Counted from the stretch's first letter, positions 1-10,097 are shown. The stretch: DNA of 64,000 bases from an uncultured Nitrospiraceae bacterium (GCA_963705105.1 CAVPIW010000008.1:48585-112584); one strand, 5' to 3'. Notes: generated by a model not told the origin, from the letters alone. Made by a program: numbers and translations.

Positions 1-2
1 CG

Positions 3-39
3 AAAGCCGAGGGTAGACGGACGGGCCCCGGCTTTTTTT
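3..39 (+). terminator. Terminator-like hairpin upstream of aroF
   Basis: AAAGCCG(3-9) pairs with CGGCTTT(29-35) and is followed by a T7 run. Confidence 0.5.
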
Positions 40-54
40 CGCATATGCCAATTG

Positions 55-91
55 GAGAGGCCGGGTGCATAGCCCGGCCTCTCTCGTTTTT
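55..91 (+). terminator. Second terminator/attenuator-like hairpin in aroF leader
   Basis: Perfect 11-bp stem GAGAGGCCGGG(55-65)/CCCGGCCTCTC(73-83), then GTTTTT; about 20 nt before the start codon. Confidence 0.55.
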
Positions 92-111
92 CGGACAATG
101 AGGAGAAGAGC

Positions 112-1131
112 ATGATCATCGTAATGAAGACAACGGCGACGAAACGGGAAAAGGAAGACGTGATCAGACGGATCAAAGAACTGGGGTATAAACCGCATGT
201 CATACGCGGCACGACACGGGATGTCATCGGCGCCGTCGGTGACGAGAGGGGCAAGGTCGTCCTCCAAACCATCGAATCGATGCACGGTGTCGAAAGCGTC
301 GTGCCGATTCTCAAGCCCTATAAGCTTGCATCACGTGAAGTGCGGCGCGAAACGAGCATCGTGGAGATCACCAAGTCCGTTTCCATCGGCGGCAGGGAAA
401 TCATCGTTTTCGCAGGTCCCTGCGCCGTGGAGAGCGAGGGGCAGATCCTCGAAACGGCCAGGGCCGTGAAGGAGGCAGGCGCCCAGGTGTTCCGGGGCGG
501 TGCTTACAAGCCGAGGACGTCTCCGTACAGTTTCCAGGGGATGGGAGAGGAAGGGCTGAAGCTCCTCGCCAAGGCCCGCGAAGCGACGGGCATGCCTGTC
601 ATCACCGAAGTCGTCAATCCGGAAACGGCGGAACTCGTGGCCGAGTATGCCGATGTTCTCCAGATCGGGACGAGGAACGCCCAGAACTTCGAACTCCTGA
701 AACGCGTCGGCATGCTGAGAAAGCCCGTGCTCCTGAAACGGGGCATGTCCATGACCGTCCAGGAGTTGCTGATGAGCGCCGAGTATATCCTCAGCGAAGG
801 CAACCAGTCGGTCATTCTCTGTGAACGGGGGATCAGGACCTTCGAGACGGCGACACGAAACACACTCGATCTTTCGGCGATCCCGGTCCTGAAGGAAAGG
901 ACCCACCTGCCCGTCGTCGTCGACCCCTCCCATGCGACGGGACATCACCGGTATGTGGCGCCCATGGCCTATGCCGCTGTCGCTGCAGGTGCGGACGGTC
1001 TCATGATCGAGGTGCACCCCGATCCGGAACACGCCGCTTCGGACGGTCCCCAATCTTTGACGCCGAAGAATTTCGCAGAGGTGATGGCGAAACTGCGGTC
1101 CTTTGCGGAGGTGTCAGGCAGAAGCCTCTGA
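112..1131 (+). CDS. aroF: 3-deoxy-7-phosphoheptulonate (DAHP) synthase, type I-beta with N-terminal ACT-like domain
   Basis: Motifs [51 protein letters not shown]. Confidence 0.96.
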   Translation: MIIVMKTTATKREKEDVIRRIKELGYKPHVIRGTTRDVIGAVGDERGKVVLQTIESMHGVESVVPILKPYKLASREVRRETSIVEITKSVSIGGREIIVFAGPCAVESEGQILETARAVKEAGAQVFRGGAYKPRTSPYSFQGMGEEGLKLLAKAREATGMPVITEVVNPETAELVAEYADVLQIGTRNAQNFELLKRVGMLRKPVLLKRGMSMTVQELLMSAEYILSEGNQSVILCERGIRTFETATRNTLDLSAIPVLKERTHLPVVVDPSHATGHHRYVAPMAYAAVAAGADGLMIEVHPDPEHAASDGPQSLTPKNFAEVMAKLRSFAEVSGRSL

Positions 1132-1132
1132 T

Positions 1133-1480
1133 CTAAGAGCCTTCCTCTATCGAAAAGAGCGGGTCCTCCAGCGCTTCGTTGCGGCAGACGGGACATCGTC
1201 CGGGTTTCTTCATGCGGTCCCTCTTCGTGAAAACGAAACCGCATTTCCTGCAGGCAGCGGCAATGACGACAAGCGGGTGTCCGGTCCTGCCCAGAGACCG
1301 GTGTATGTGCTCGAGGTGTTCATAGACCTCGCGCTCGGGCAGTCTCACGGCCGCGGATATCTCCCGCGCCGTCACGGCCCCCTGGTGAAGCAGGGCCATG
1401 ATCTGTTGCCTGATCGTTTCGTGCCGCTCTGCCGGGACGGGCGGTTCCCTGTCTCTCTTTTTCACCGGACATAACCCCAT
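1133..1480 (-). CDS. HTH plus Zn-ribbon putative transcriptional regulator
   Basis: TIRQQI..EVYEHLEHI HTH followed by CRKCGF and RCPVC zinc knuckles; exact start uncertain. Confidence 0.8.
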   Translation of the reverse strand: MGLCPVKKRDREPPVPAERHETIRQQIMALLHQGAVTAREISAAVRLPEREVYEHLEHIHRSLGRTGHPLVVIAAACRKCGFVFTKRDRMKKPGRCPVCRNEALEDPLFSIEEGS

Positions 1481-1564
1481 GCGTTCAAGGTCTATTCTTG
1501 GAAGGGTTTTGAACTATATCTGGCTTCCCGGCGTCAGCCATTGGTGTCCAAAATGATCTGAAAC

Positions 1565-1598
1565 GAGGCACTTTGCCCCGCCTTTGCTCTGCAATGTA
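1565..1598 (-). repeat. Degenerate left-end fragment of the rod-like repeat family
   Basis: Reverse complement ACATTGCAGAGCAAAGGCGGGGCAAAGTGCCTC resembles the family left arm. Confidence 0.5.
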
Positions 1599-1616
1599 AA
1601 CCCTGCGCAGCCGGAA

Positions 1617-1856
1617 TCAGGTTTCCCAGATGTTGTATTCGTGGAGAAGCCTGATGCCCATGTAGTAGCAGCAGTGGTTATGATTGAGATCGTTGATGAA
1701 GGACCGTTCGCTGCCGTCCTGAAAGAGTATCCGTACAAAGCAGAACCCCCCGGGTAAATCCGAGTGGCGCTCCTCGACGACCTCCCCCGAACCCCAGGAT
1801 ATATGTCTCAGATGCCTTACCCTGTCTCCGACCTGAAGGAACAGTCTTTTCCGCAT
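1617..1856 (-). CDS. DUF3553-like small protein
   Basis: GDRVRH..WGSGEVVE..VRILF pattern; extended -10 (TGGTATAAT) 7 nt upstream of ATG. Confidence 0.7.
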   Translation of the reverse strand: MRKRLFLQVGDRVRHLRHISWGSGEVVEERHSDLPGGFCFVRILFQDGSERSFINDLNHNHCCYYMGIRLLHEYNIWET

Positions 1857-1886
1857 TACCTGTATTATACCAAAGGGTCCTTTGAC

Positions 1887-2777
1887 CTACCGGATACGGG
1901 TACCGTACATCGAATAGACAAAATGCCCCGTAATGGTGAAGGTGTCGCTCCCCCATTCATCGGGAAGAGGCCAGTAAGGCTCGGCATCCCTGAGGGCCCT
2001 GATCGCCGCATCGTCGAGGCTCCTGTGCCCGGACGTGCGGACCAGCTCGACGGACCCCAGTTTGCCGTTCTTCGTGATGGTGAACCGGATGTAGAGGTCC
2101 CCGTAGATGCCGTTTCGGGCGGCATCCTCCGGGTATCGCCAGATATGCTCGATCCGCTCCCTCAGTCGCTGGAGATACCCGTGATAACGGAAATCTTTCG
2201 TGTTGAAGGTGATCCCGCCGCTGTCCGGGCGCGAGCCGCCCGGTTCTCCCCTCTGGGGGAGCTTTGCTATGACATCGCGGTCAAAGATCTTGTCCCGCGT
2301 GCTGCCGGGTCCGCTGCCCGGCGATGGGACTTTCCGGGATGTCCCTGGTCCATCGGGTTTTCCTGCGCCCTGTCCGGGGATACCGCCCTTTGTTGATAAG
2401 ACACCGTCAGGACTTTCTTTTACCCGAGGCGACGCCGTGTCGGTCTGTGAGGGGACATCGCGGGACGGCGCCGGGGCCTGACTCCGTCTCGCCTCCTGCT
2501 GTTCCGCCCGCGGGCGGGTCTCTCTGCGTGAAGGCGTGCTCTTCGGCGCCGGAACGGCAGGGGCGCTTCTCTGCCGGGGGGGGCTGACCTGCGCCGGCGG
2601 CCGCGGTTGCACGGGCCGGGAACCCCGGGGAGCGCTTTCAGTCCTCATTTCTTCGGGAGTTACGATCCGGGCGTACAATGGCGGCGTTCTCCTGGTCTTG
2701 TCTTCCTGAACGAAGATAAGTGCCAGGATCAGCAGGAGAATATGCAGAATGCCTGAGTAGAGGACGAACCTTTTCAA
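1887..2777 (-). CDS. tonB: TonB family energy transducer
   Basis: N-terminal TM with SxxLH, Pro-rich linker, C-terminal YP..A..G..F.I..SGHRSLDDAA TonB_C domain. Confidence 0.85.
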   Translation of the reverse strand: MKRFVLYSGILHILLLILALIFVQEDKTRRTPPLYARIVTPEEMRTESAPRGSRPVQPRPPAQVSPPRQRSAPAVPAPKSTPSRRETRPRAEQQEARRSQAPAPSRDVPSQTDTASPRVKESPDGVLSTKGGIPGQGAGKPDGPGTSRKVPSPGSGPGSTRDKIFDRDVIAKLPQRGEPGGSRPDSGGITFNTKDFRYHGYLQRLRERIEHIWRYPEDAARNGIYGDLYIRFTITKNGKLGSVELVRTSGHRSLDDAAIRALRDAEPYWPLPDEWGSDTFTITGHFVYSMYGTRIR

Positions 2778-2847
2778 ACTTTTCTATTTTACCACAGCGG
2801 GTAAGACCGCACCGAACCGGCAAAGGCGGGAGGGACAGTATGGATTT

Positions 2848-3091
2848 TCCTCCCAGTTGCGCAAGAAAGGCGGGGCGTATGCGCCGAAAACCTTGCTGCG
2901 GCGACACCAATGGTCAGCCACGCAAAGAGTGGAATCCCGTAGGGGCCGTTCCCCGAACGGCCCGACATCGATGAAGCTATTTCAGGCCGACGGCTGAAAA
3001 AGGTGAACTTTTTGCTGACACTCACACTGTCACTGACACTGTATTTCAGAGCGCTTCGCCACGCCTTTCCATGCAACTCCTACTACAAGGT
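2848..3091 (-). repeat. Rod-like interspersed repeat, long subtype with ~30 bp internal deletion
   Basis: Near-identical to 15148-15424; abuts the stop codon of the upstream gene; contains GTAG-REP at 2939-2963. Confidence 0.9.
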
Positions 3092-4260
3092 TAAAGCAGG
3101 TGACGGAGAAACTGCATGTACGAAATGAGGCCCCCCCTCCCTGATTCCTTTCTCAGAAATATCCGCATCGCAATCTCCCGGACTTCCGGCCGCTTATGGA
3201 GTAGCACCCATTTTTCGATGAGGTCATCGCTGCCGAAGAGGAGTTCTCTTAACGTATTCATAAGGAGGAACCTCTTCCTGAACGCATGTTCCCAAAGCTT
3301 GCGGTACATAGAGGGGCTGCTTTCACAGATCGCCTGAGCCGCGAACTCCCCTGATTTCATGGCATAGTAGATCCCCTCGTAGGTGATCGGCATGACCATG
3401 CCCGCGGCGTCGCCGGTGAAGATCACGTTCTTCCAGGAAAAAAGGGGGGACTTCCCCGAGGGAATCCTGAAGGTCCTTCTCTTCATTCCCCGGGATTCTT
3501 CCGGTAAGGCATCGGGCCTCCCGCCGAACCGCCGGTCGAGAAAGACCCTGAAGAGCGGGCCGAGGTCTCCTGAAGCGGTGCCGCCCGTCCCGATTGAAAA
3601 GCCGTCACCGGACGGGAAGACCCAGGAGTAAAACCCGGGCGCATGGCGCCTGCCGAACCAGAACTCGCAGCAGTCTCCGGGCTCACGGACGCCGTCGCTC
3701 CCTGAAAAGGTCTCCGATGTGATATGTGTACTGATCGTCGGCAGGGAAGGGGGCCTGGGAATGCCGAGGGCGGATCCGACTTTCCCGGTGACGCCGTCGG
3801 CCGCGACGATATAGTCCGACTCGACCTCTACGGTTTGGAAAGACTTTCCATTGCTTCCGGCGACATTTCTCCGGATCGTCGAAACGATGGTTTTGCCGGT
3901 CCTCGAAAATCCCGAGAATTCGCCTTCCATGACCACCGCACCTTCGCGGCCGGCGAGTTCACGAAGCACCTCGTCAAAGAGGCCCCGGTCCGTCATTGCC
4001 AGGTATCCTCCCGTGAGCGCTATCTCCTGTGCCTCGCCGCGCGGTGACACGACGAGGATCTTTCTCGCTTCCTTCCTGACAACTGTGTGGGGGATCTTGA
4101 ATTCTTCGAGGGCTGTGGAGGGGATCCCCCCTCCACAGGGTTTGACGAACGACATATTCCGCTCGACGAGTATCGTCTCCCTGCCTTGTCCGGCAAGAAA
4201 CCGGGCAGCCGTGGCGCCGGCAGGTCCTCCGCCGATGACGAGGGTGTGGGTCCTCACCAT
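3091..4260 (-). CDS. Geranylgeranyl reductase family FAD-dependent oxidoreductase
   Basis: GGGPAG FAD motif, KPCGGGI, YSWVFP, GDAAG..P.TYEGIYYAMKSG. Confidence 0.9.
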   Translation of the reverse strand: MVRTHTLVIGGGPAGATAARFLAGQGRETILVERNMSFVKPCGGGIPSTALEEFKIPHTVVRKEARKILVVSPRGEAQEIALTGGYLAMTDRGLFDEVLRELAGREGAVVMEGEFSGFSRTGKTIVSTIRRNVAGSNGKSFQTVEVESDYIVAADGVTGKVGSALGIPRPPSLPTISTHITSETFSGSDGVREPGDCCEFWFGRRHAPGFYSWVFPSGDGFSIGTGGTASGDLGPLFRVFLDRRFGGRPDALPEESRGMKRRTFRIPSGKSPLFSWKNVIFTGDAAGMVMPITYEGIYYAMKSGEFAAQAICESSPSMYRKLWEHAFRKRFLLMNTLRELLFGSDDLIEKWVLLHKRPEVREIAMRIFLRKESGRGGLISYMQFLRHLL

Positions 4261-4297
4261 GAATGACGGTCAGTGCAGAACAGACGGCGAATCTAAC

Positions 4298-4741
4298 TTA
4301 CGACTTCCCCCGTACCGTCATGACAGGACAAGTCGCATTTCTCACAACTCTTTCGGCCGTGCTTCCGAAAAGGACCCTGTCGAGACCCTTTCTCCCGTGG
4401 GTGCCTATCACGATAAGATCGACGGCGTTTTTCTCTGCAAATTTAAGGATTTCCTCATAGGGCACGCCCCGCAGGACGGTGAATTCAATATCCTTCATGT
4501 CCCTGCGCAGATCGAGGCCAAACCTCTCGAGTTCCTTCCGGGCGCTCGCCTCCATTTCCTTGTACATCTCATCGACTGAAATGTGAGGAATATAGAGACC
4601 GGAAGATGTTGAGATGTCGTACATAACGTGGAGCATCGAGAGTTTCGCTCCGTAACTCTTCGCCAGATCGACAGCGTAGGGGAGTGCATTGAGAGCCCCT
4701 TCGGAAAAATCGGTGGGGAAAAGAATCTTTTTAACCTCCAT
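4298..4741 (-). CDS. Universal stress protein (UspA family)
   Basis: KKILFPTDFS, DLIVIGTHGRKG..FGSTAERVVRNATCPV. Confidence 0.95.
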   Translation of the reverse strand: MEVKKILFPTDFSEGALNALPYAVDLAKSYGAKLSMLHVMYDISTSSGLYIPHISVDEMYKEMEASARKELERFGLDLRRDMKDIEFTVLRGVPYEEILKFAEKNAVDLIVIGTHGRKGLDRVLFGSTAERVVRNATCPVMTVRGKS

Positions 4742-4844
4742 ATGGCCTCCTTATGCGTGTTTCCCGCATCCCATCGGGATGCAATAGTATACATCATTCC
4801 GGAATCGAAACAAAGATCGAATCATACCCATCAATCGTCACACT

Positions 4845-4935
4845 TTCACTTTGTATGAAAAGGCGGGACAAAGTGCCTCAAAGCCTTGCTGATAGCGAGC
4901 ATGATCATTTGAAATTGGATATCGGAGATCCCAAT
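4845..4935 (+). repeat. Partial (left-half) copy of rod-like repeat
   Basis: GAAAAGGCGGGACAAAGTGCCTCAAAGCCTTGCTGATAGCGAGCATGAT matches the left arm of the 43751/56803 subtype. Confidence 0.75.
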
Positions 4936-4936
4936 G

Positions 4937-5734
4937 TCATGAGCCCTCACCTTTCCTCATCCTCAGATGGATGAACCGCATCCCTTCGAATGTGAGCGCC
5001 GGGATGACACGATGATGCCTCCCGATGAGGGGAGCGACCAACTCCACCGCTCCGCCGGTGAGCACGAGCGCAAGGGAGAAGCCCAGTTCACGCTCCATGT
5101 CGCCCACAAGCCGTTCAACAGCGCCCGCCGTCCCGCACACGATGCCGGCCCTGATCGAGGACAGCGTGTCCCGGCCCGGCAGGCTCAAGGGCTGACGGAG
5201 GTCGACAGCAGGGAGCTTCGCCGTTCCAGTGTGGAGAGCCCTTTCCATAAGCCAGATCCCCGGAAGGATCGCCCCTCCGATGAGGTCCCTCCGCCGTCCG
5301 ACAACGGTGATCGTCGTCGCCGTGCCGAAATCAACGATCGCAGTCGGTCCGTCGATGAGCACGACAGCTGCGACGGCATTGGCGATCCTGTCCGATCCCG
5401 TCTGCCCGGCATTGTCGACGGCGAACGTCAGGCCCGTATCGAGCCTGTGACTGACGATCAGCGGCTCCCTGCGACAGAGCCCCCTGAGGGCCTCGATGAT
5501 CCTCTTCGTGACGGCCGGCACGACAGAGGAGACGACGGCATCGAGATCACCGACACCGGCCGCCGGAGCCATGCCGGTCTGTGTAGCGATGAAACCGGCG
5601 ATCCTTTTTCGATAGGCTGCAACAGTCTGAAGGGGATTGAGAGGAACCTGAGAGGTCGCGCACCTGCTGCTTTCCGGGTCACTGTAGACACAGAGATTGA
5701 TGGTGCTGTTGCCGATATCCGCACAGAGGAGCAT
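4937..5734 (-). CDS. coaX: Type III pantothenate kinase
   Basis: DIGNS, GSDR, IVDFGTATT, GGAILPG, TGG motifs; start placed at MLLCADIG. Confidence 0.93.
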   Translation of the reverse strand: MLLCADIGNSTINLCVYSDPESSRCATSQVPLNPLQTVAAYRKRIAGFIATQTGMAPAAGVGDLDAVVSSVVPAVTKRIIEALRGLCRREPLIVSHRLDTGLTFAVDNAGQTGSDRIANAVAAVVLIDGPTAIVDFGTATTITVVGRRRDLIGGAILPGIWLMERALHTGTAKLPAVDLRQPLSLPGRDTLSSIRAGIVCGTAGAVERLVGDMERELGFSLALVLTGGAVELVAPLIGRHHRVIPALTFEGMRFIHLRMRKGEGS

Positions 5735-5753
5735 GGACCGGGCGGGGCGACGA

Positions 5754-6584
5754 TCAGGGCCGGAGATGGGCAAAGGACGGGTTCGGCGACTCCATCCTGA
5801 GGACCGTCACGTCTCCGGCGCTGATCTTTGAAATGGACTGGTCAGGCAGCCTGAGTATGAGCAGGCCTTCTTCGTCGATCCCCTCGGCGACGCCCGTCAT
5901 CTCCGATTCCGCCATCGCGACCCGCACGGCGCGGCCGAGCGTCGAGCAGAGCCGGACCCACTCCGACAGGACAGGGCCTTTACCCTCCCGCATCAGGATG
6001 TCATACCACGAGTCGAGCTCGCTGATCATTGATGCGGCAAGCCGGGACCGTGAATGGGTTTCTCCTGTCTCATCCCTGAGGGATGTCGCGGCGGACCTGA
6101 TTTCATCGGGAAAGTCCTCTGCCGTACCGTTGACATTGAGACCGATGCCGATGACGGCAGCCTCGATCCGGCCGGCCGAAGACCTCGTTTCCGTCAGGAT
6201 GCCGCCGAGCTTCTTCACGCCCACCATCATGTCGTTCGGCCATTTGATCGTCACGGGCACCGGCACACTCCGACGGATTGCCGATACGGAAGCGACAGCC
6301 GCCAGGAGGGTCAGGACGGGCGCGTCGCGGGGGAGCATCTCCGGTTTCAGGAGGATGCTCATGGAGATGTTTTTCCCTGGCGGCGACACCCAGGTCCTCC
6401 CGAGCCTCCCCCTGCCACTGTTCTGGCTGTCTGCAATAAAGACGGTGCCGTCGGCGAACCCGCTCCGGGCATGTTCCATAGCCAGCGTATTCGTCGAGCC
6501 GGCAGTGTCGAAACAGAAGATCTCCCTGCCGACAATTTTTTCCTCGCCGGAGAGGGCATGCCTGATGTCAGCCACGGAAATCAA
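5754..6584 (-). CDS. birA: Biotin--[acetyl-CoA carboxylase] ligase (no HTH)
   Basis: STN, QNSGRGRLGRTW, KWPND, KLGGIL, GIGLNVN motifs. Confidence 0.95.
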   Translation of the reverse strand: MISVADIRHALSGEEKIVGREIFCFDTAGSTNTLAMEHARSGFADGTVFIADSQNSGRGRLGRTWVSPPGKNISMSILLKPEMLPRDAPVLTLLAAVASVSAIRRSVPVPVTIKWPNDMMVGVKKLGGILTETRSSAGRIEAAVIGIGLNVNGTAEDFPDEIRSAATSLRDETGETHSRSRLAASMISELDSWYDILMREGKGPVLSEWVRLCSTLGRAVRVAMAESEMTGVAEGIDEEGLLILRLPDQSISKISAGDVTVLRMESPNPSFAHLRP

Positions 6585-6593
6585 CGGGTCAGA

Positions 6594-7208
6594 TCACTCC
6601 TGCTCCAGGATGACGACGTCGATCTTCCCCTTCAGGGCCTCTGCGAATTTCACCGCGTCTTTTTTATCGCCGACGATGGCGCCGTAGTGCATGGGTATGG
6701 CAACTTTCGGCTTGATGTCGAGCGCCGCCTGTACCGCTTCGTCAGCAGTCATGACGTATGTCCCTGAGACGGGCAGAAGGGCGATGTCAACCTTGTATGT
6801 TTTCATCTCCGGAATGTAGTCCGTATCTCCCGCCAGGTAAATCCTCTGACCGTTCACCGTGAATATATATCCGACCCATCCCTTGTCCTTCGTGTGAAAC
6901 TGCTTGTTCGTGTTATACGCGGCAACAGCTTCGACCTGTATCCCGCCCACATTTATCGTTTCGCCCGGCTTTATCACCTTGATATTTCCCTTCAGTTCCT
7001 CGGCGCATCCCTTCGGCGTGACGATGACCGTCTCCGGCCCCTGGATCATCTTCACGTCGTCGGGCGAGCAGTGATCAAAGTGTTCATGGGTGATGAGGAT
7101 GATGTCCGCCTTGTCTTTCTTCTTCAGCTTGAAGGGGTCGGTATAGATGACCTTTTCGCCGGTGATCTTGAATGTGTCGTGCCCCAGCCAGTGAATGTTC
7201 TGCACCAT
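6594..7208 (-). CDS. MBL-fold metallo-hydrolase
   Basis: WLGH, THEHFDH, AGDT, PMHYG motifs; SD GGAGG before MVQNIH. Confidence 0.9.
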   Translation of the reverse strand: MVQNIHWLGHDTFKITGEKVIYTDPFKLKKKDKADIILITHEHFDHCSPDDVKMIQGPETVIVTPKGCAEELKGNIKVIKPGETINVGGIQVEAVAAYNTNKQFHTKDKGWVGYIFTVNGQRIYLAGDTDYIPEMKTYKVDIALLPVSGTYVMTADEAVQAALDIKPKVAIPMHYGAIVGDKKDAVKFAEALKGKIDVVILEQE

Positions 7209-7381
7209 GGATCTGCCCTCCTTTTTCGCTCCGTGTAGAATAGCGGGAAACAAGCATTAAACGACAGCATAAAAGGCGAATAACTGCAATCTCCGCATCG
7301 GTTTCATCCTTATTCGAAGTGTAGTATATCACGGGAAAAACTGCAATCATTTTCTCATACATCTATTTGCTATAATGTGTG

Positions 7382-8305
7382 ATGACTCTCTACCTCATAG
7401 ACGGCAGCTCCTATATCTATCGGGCCTATCACGCCATCAGGGGCCTGAGCAGCTCGAAGGGCTTTCCCACCAATGCGATCTTCGGATTCACGAACATGCT
7501 GATCAAGATCATCAGGGAGAAGCGGCCCGAAGCCCTCTGCATCGTCTTCGACTCGCCTGTCCCGACGGAAAGGCATAAGCTGTATGAACAGTACAAGGCC
7601 CAGAGACCGGAGACCCCCAATGACCTCGTCGTCCAGATCCCCCACATCAAGGAGATCATCCGGGCCTTCCGCGTGACAGCCATCGAGATGCCCGGATACG
7701 AGGCCGACGACATCATCTGCACCGTCGCGCGCAGGGTCTCCGAGCAGGGCATGGACGTCTTCATCGTCAGCAGCGACAAGGACATGATGCAGATCGTCAG
7801 CGAGAGAGTTCGCATATTCGATCCGATGAAGGATGTCGTCATAGACGAAAAAACGGTCCTGGAGCGTTTCGGCCTGCCGCCGGAACGATTGAACGAGCTC
7901 ATGGCGCTCACGGGCGACGCGATCGATAACATCCCCGGAGTGAAGGGGATCGGGGAGAAGACGGCGAAGGAGCTGCTTCAGAGCGCAGGGAGCATCGACG
8001 ATCTCCTCGACAATCCGGGGGCCATCAGGAAAGAGAAACTCCGCGCGCTCATCACGGAAAACAGGGATATCATCAGGCTGAGCAGGACATTGGCGACTGT
8101 CAATGCCGACCTGCCCGTCCATATCGACCTGGAATCGCTGAAAGCCCGTGAGCCGGAATGGACTGAGATCCTCCGCCTTTTCAGGGAATTCGAATTCAGG
8201 AGCCTCATGAACCGCATACCCGCCGTCAGGGGAGAGCCGCGGGGGACGTACAGGACCGTCATGACCAGGGAGGAGCTCAGGGAGCTCATCGGGAGGATGG
8301 GATGA
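7382..8305 (+). CDS. polA: DNA polymerase I, 5'-3' exonuclease (N-terminal) part
   Basis: LIDGSS..YRAYHA, YEADD, SSDKD, LTGDAIDNIPGVKGIGEKTA; ends in TGA overlapping the next ATG. Confidence 0.9.
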   Translation: MTLYLIDGSSYIYRAYHAIRGLSSSKGFPTNAIFGFTNMLIKIIREKRPEALCIVFDSPVPTERHKLYEQYKAQRPETPNDLVVQIPHIKEIIRAFRVTAIEMPGYEADDIICTVARRVSEQGMDVFIVSSDKDMMQIVSERVRIFDPMKDVVIDEKTVLERFGLPPERLNELMALTGDAIDNIPGVKGIGEKTAKELLQSAGSIDDLLDNPGAIRKEKLRALITENRDIIRLSRTLATVNADLPVHIDLESLKAREPEWTEILRLFREFEFRSLMNRIPAVRGEPRGTYRTVMTREELRELIGRMG

Positions 8306-10059
8306 TCCAGCCCGGTCTGTTCGGCGCCGGAGATGCCGGGACACTCCGCCGCGAAATCGCCCTCGACATCGTCGCCGCCGGCGCCGGTCCCATGGACGGC
8401 CGGATCATCGGGGTCGCCCTCTGCATGGAGCAGCACGTCGCCTCCTACATCCCTGTCCGCCATGCCCACGGCCCCAATGTTGACGATGCACTTGTCCTGC
8501 TGAAAGACATCTTTGAGGATGAGGCGATGGCGAAGATCGGCCACAATCTGAAGCAGGCCATCCTCCTTCTCAGGCAGGAGGGAATCGACATGAAAGGTGA
8601 CCTGTATGACGCCATGGTGGCGGCTTATCTCCTCAACCCGAACACGCAGAGCCATGGCATCGAGGATGTGGCCCTTGAACACCTCGCCTGCAAGAAGCCG
8701 TCCGCCGCAGAAGTGCTCGGCAAGAGGACCTCCTGGGAGGATGTCGGGATTGATGAGGCAATGCAATTTGCCGCGGAAAACGCCGACATCTCTTTCGAAC
8801 TGAAGAATGTCCTGTTCGATGCCTTGCGCCGGGAGGAGCTCGACCGGCTCTACTTCGATATTGAGATGCCCCTGATCCGCGTCCTCGCCGGCATGGAAGA
8901 GGCAGGGGTGAAGATCGACGTCAACCGGATCGCGCAGTTGTCCGAAGAGCTCGAACGGGGACTTGCGACGCTGCAGCAGACGATATACGACGTCGCGGGA
9001 GAGGAGTTCAACATCAATTCCCCCCGCCAGCTCGGCGTCATCCTCTTCGACAGGATAGGACTGAAGCCTCTCAAGAAGACGAAGACCGGCTACTCCACAA
9101 GCGTCGAGGTGCTGGAGGAACTCGCCCTGAGCCATGATCTGCCGCGGGAGATCCTCTCGTACCGGACGCTGAACAAGCTGAAAACGACATACATCGATAC
9201 CCTTCCCAGGCTCGTCAACAAGCGCACCGGCAGGATCCACACATCCTTCAACCAGACGGCCACCGCCACGGGCAGGCTGAGCAGCAGCGACCCGAACCTC
9301 CAGAACATCCCGATCCGAGGCGAATGGGGTCCGAAGATGAGGGAGATCTTCATCGCCGATGAGGGGTGCATGCTCCTGTCCGCCGATTACTCGCAGGTCG
9401 AGCTGCGCGTCCTTGCCCATGTAAGCGGCGACGAGGGTCTCGTCGAGGCCTTCAGGAGCGGTATCGACATCCATACGCGGACGGCTGCGGGGATCTTCGG
9501 CGTCCCTCGGGAGGAGGTGACACCCGACATGAGGAGAGCGGCGAAGGTCGTGAACTTCGGCATCGTCTACGGCATCACACCCTTCGGTCTCTCCGAAGCC
9601 CTGGGTATCGCTCCCGCCGAGGCCGGACAGTACATCACTCAGTACTTCGAAACGCACAGGGGGGTGAAACGGTACATCGACGAGACCGTTGACGCGGTGC
9701 GCCGGTCCGGCTTTGCCGTCACGCTGCTCGGCAGAAAGAGGCCGATCCCCGACATCGGCAGCGCCAATGCGACGGTGAGGCAGCAGGCCGAGCGGCTCGC
9801 TGTCAACACCCCCATCCAGGGCACCGCGGCGGACCTCATAAAGAAGGCGATGATCGACATAGGGAACACGATCCGGGACCGGAAGCTCAGGACGCGCATG
9901 GTGCTTCAGATCCATGACGAGCTTCTCTTCGAAGGCCCCTCCGGTGAGATGGAGGAGGTGCGGGAGATCGTCAGGGAGGGCATGGAAAATGTGGTACCTC
10001 TTTCGGTTCCCCTGAGGGTCGACATCGGCTCGGGAAAAAACTGGGCCGAGGCGCATTGA
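8302..10059 (+). CDS. polA: DNA polymerase I, Klenow-like part (degenerate 3'-5' exonuclease plus family A polymerase)
   Basis: TATGRLSSSDPNLQNIP, motif A DYSQVELR, motif B RRAAKVVNFGIVYG, motif C QIHDEL. Confidence 0.92.
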   Translation: MIQPGLFGAGDAGTLRREIALDIVAAGAGPMDGRIIGVALCMEQHVASYIPVRHAHGPNVDDALVLLKDIFEDEAMAKIGHNLKQAILLLRQEGIDMKGDLYDAMVAAYLLNPNTQSHGIEDVALEHLACKKPSAAEVLGKRTSWEDVGIDEAMQFAAENADISFELKNVLFDALRREELDRLYFDIEMPLIRVLAGMEEAGVKIDVNRIAQLSEELERGLATLQQTIYDVAGEEFNINSPRQLGVILFDRIGLKPLKKTKTGYSTSVEVLEELALSHDLPREILSYRTLNKLKTTYIDTLPRLVNKRTGRIHTSFNQTATATGRLSSSDPNLQNIPIRGEWGPKMREIFIADEGCMLLSADYSQVELRVLAHVSGDEGLVEAFRSGIDIHTRTAAGIFGVPREEVTPDMRRAAKVVNFGIVYGITPFGLSEALGIAPAEAGQYITQYFETHRGVKRYIDETVDAVRRSGFAVTLLGRKRPIPDIGSANATVRQQAERLAVNTPIQGTAADLIKKAMIDIGNTIRDRKLRTRMVLQIHDELLFEGPSGEMEEVREIVREGMENVVPLSVPLRVDIGSGKNWAEAH

Positions 10060-10097
10060 ATCAAAGGGGCGTAAAAAAACATCAGGCAGGTGACGCG

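Noticed and set aside
3091..4260. Evidence for phototrophy (bchP/chlP)
   Set aside because: Geranylgeranyl-reductase family members are widespread; no other photosynthesis genes are present, and quinone or lipid reduction is equally plausible
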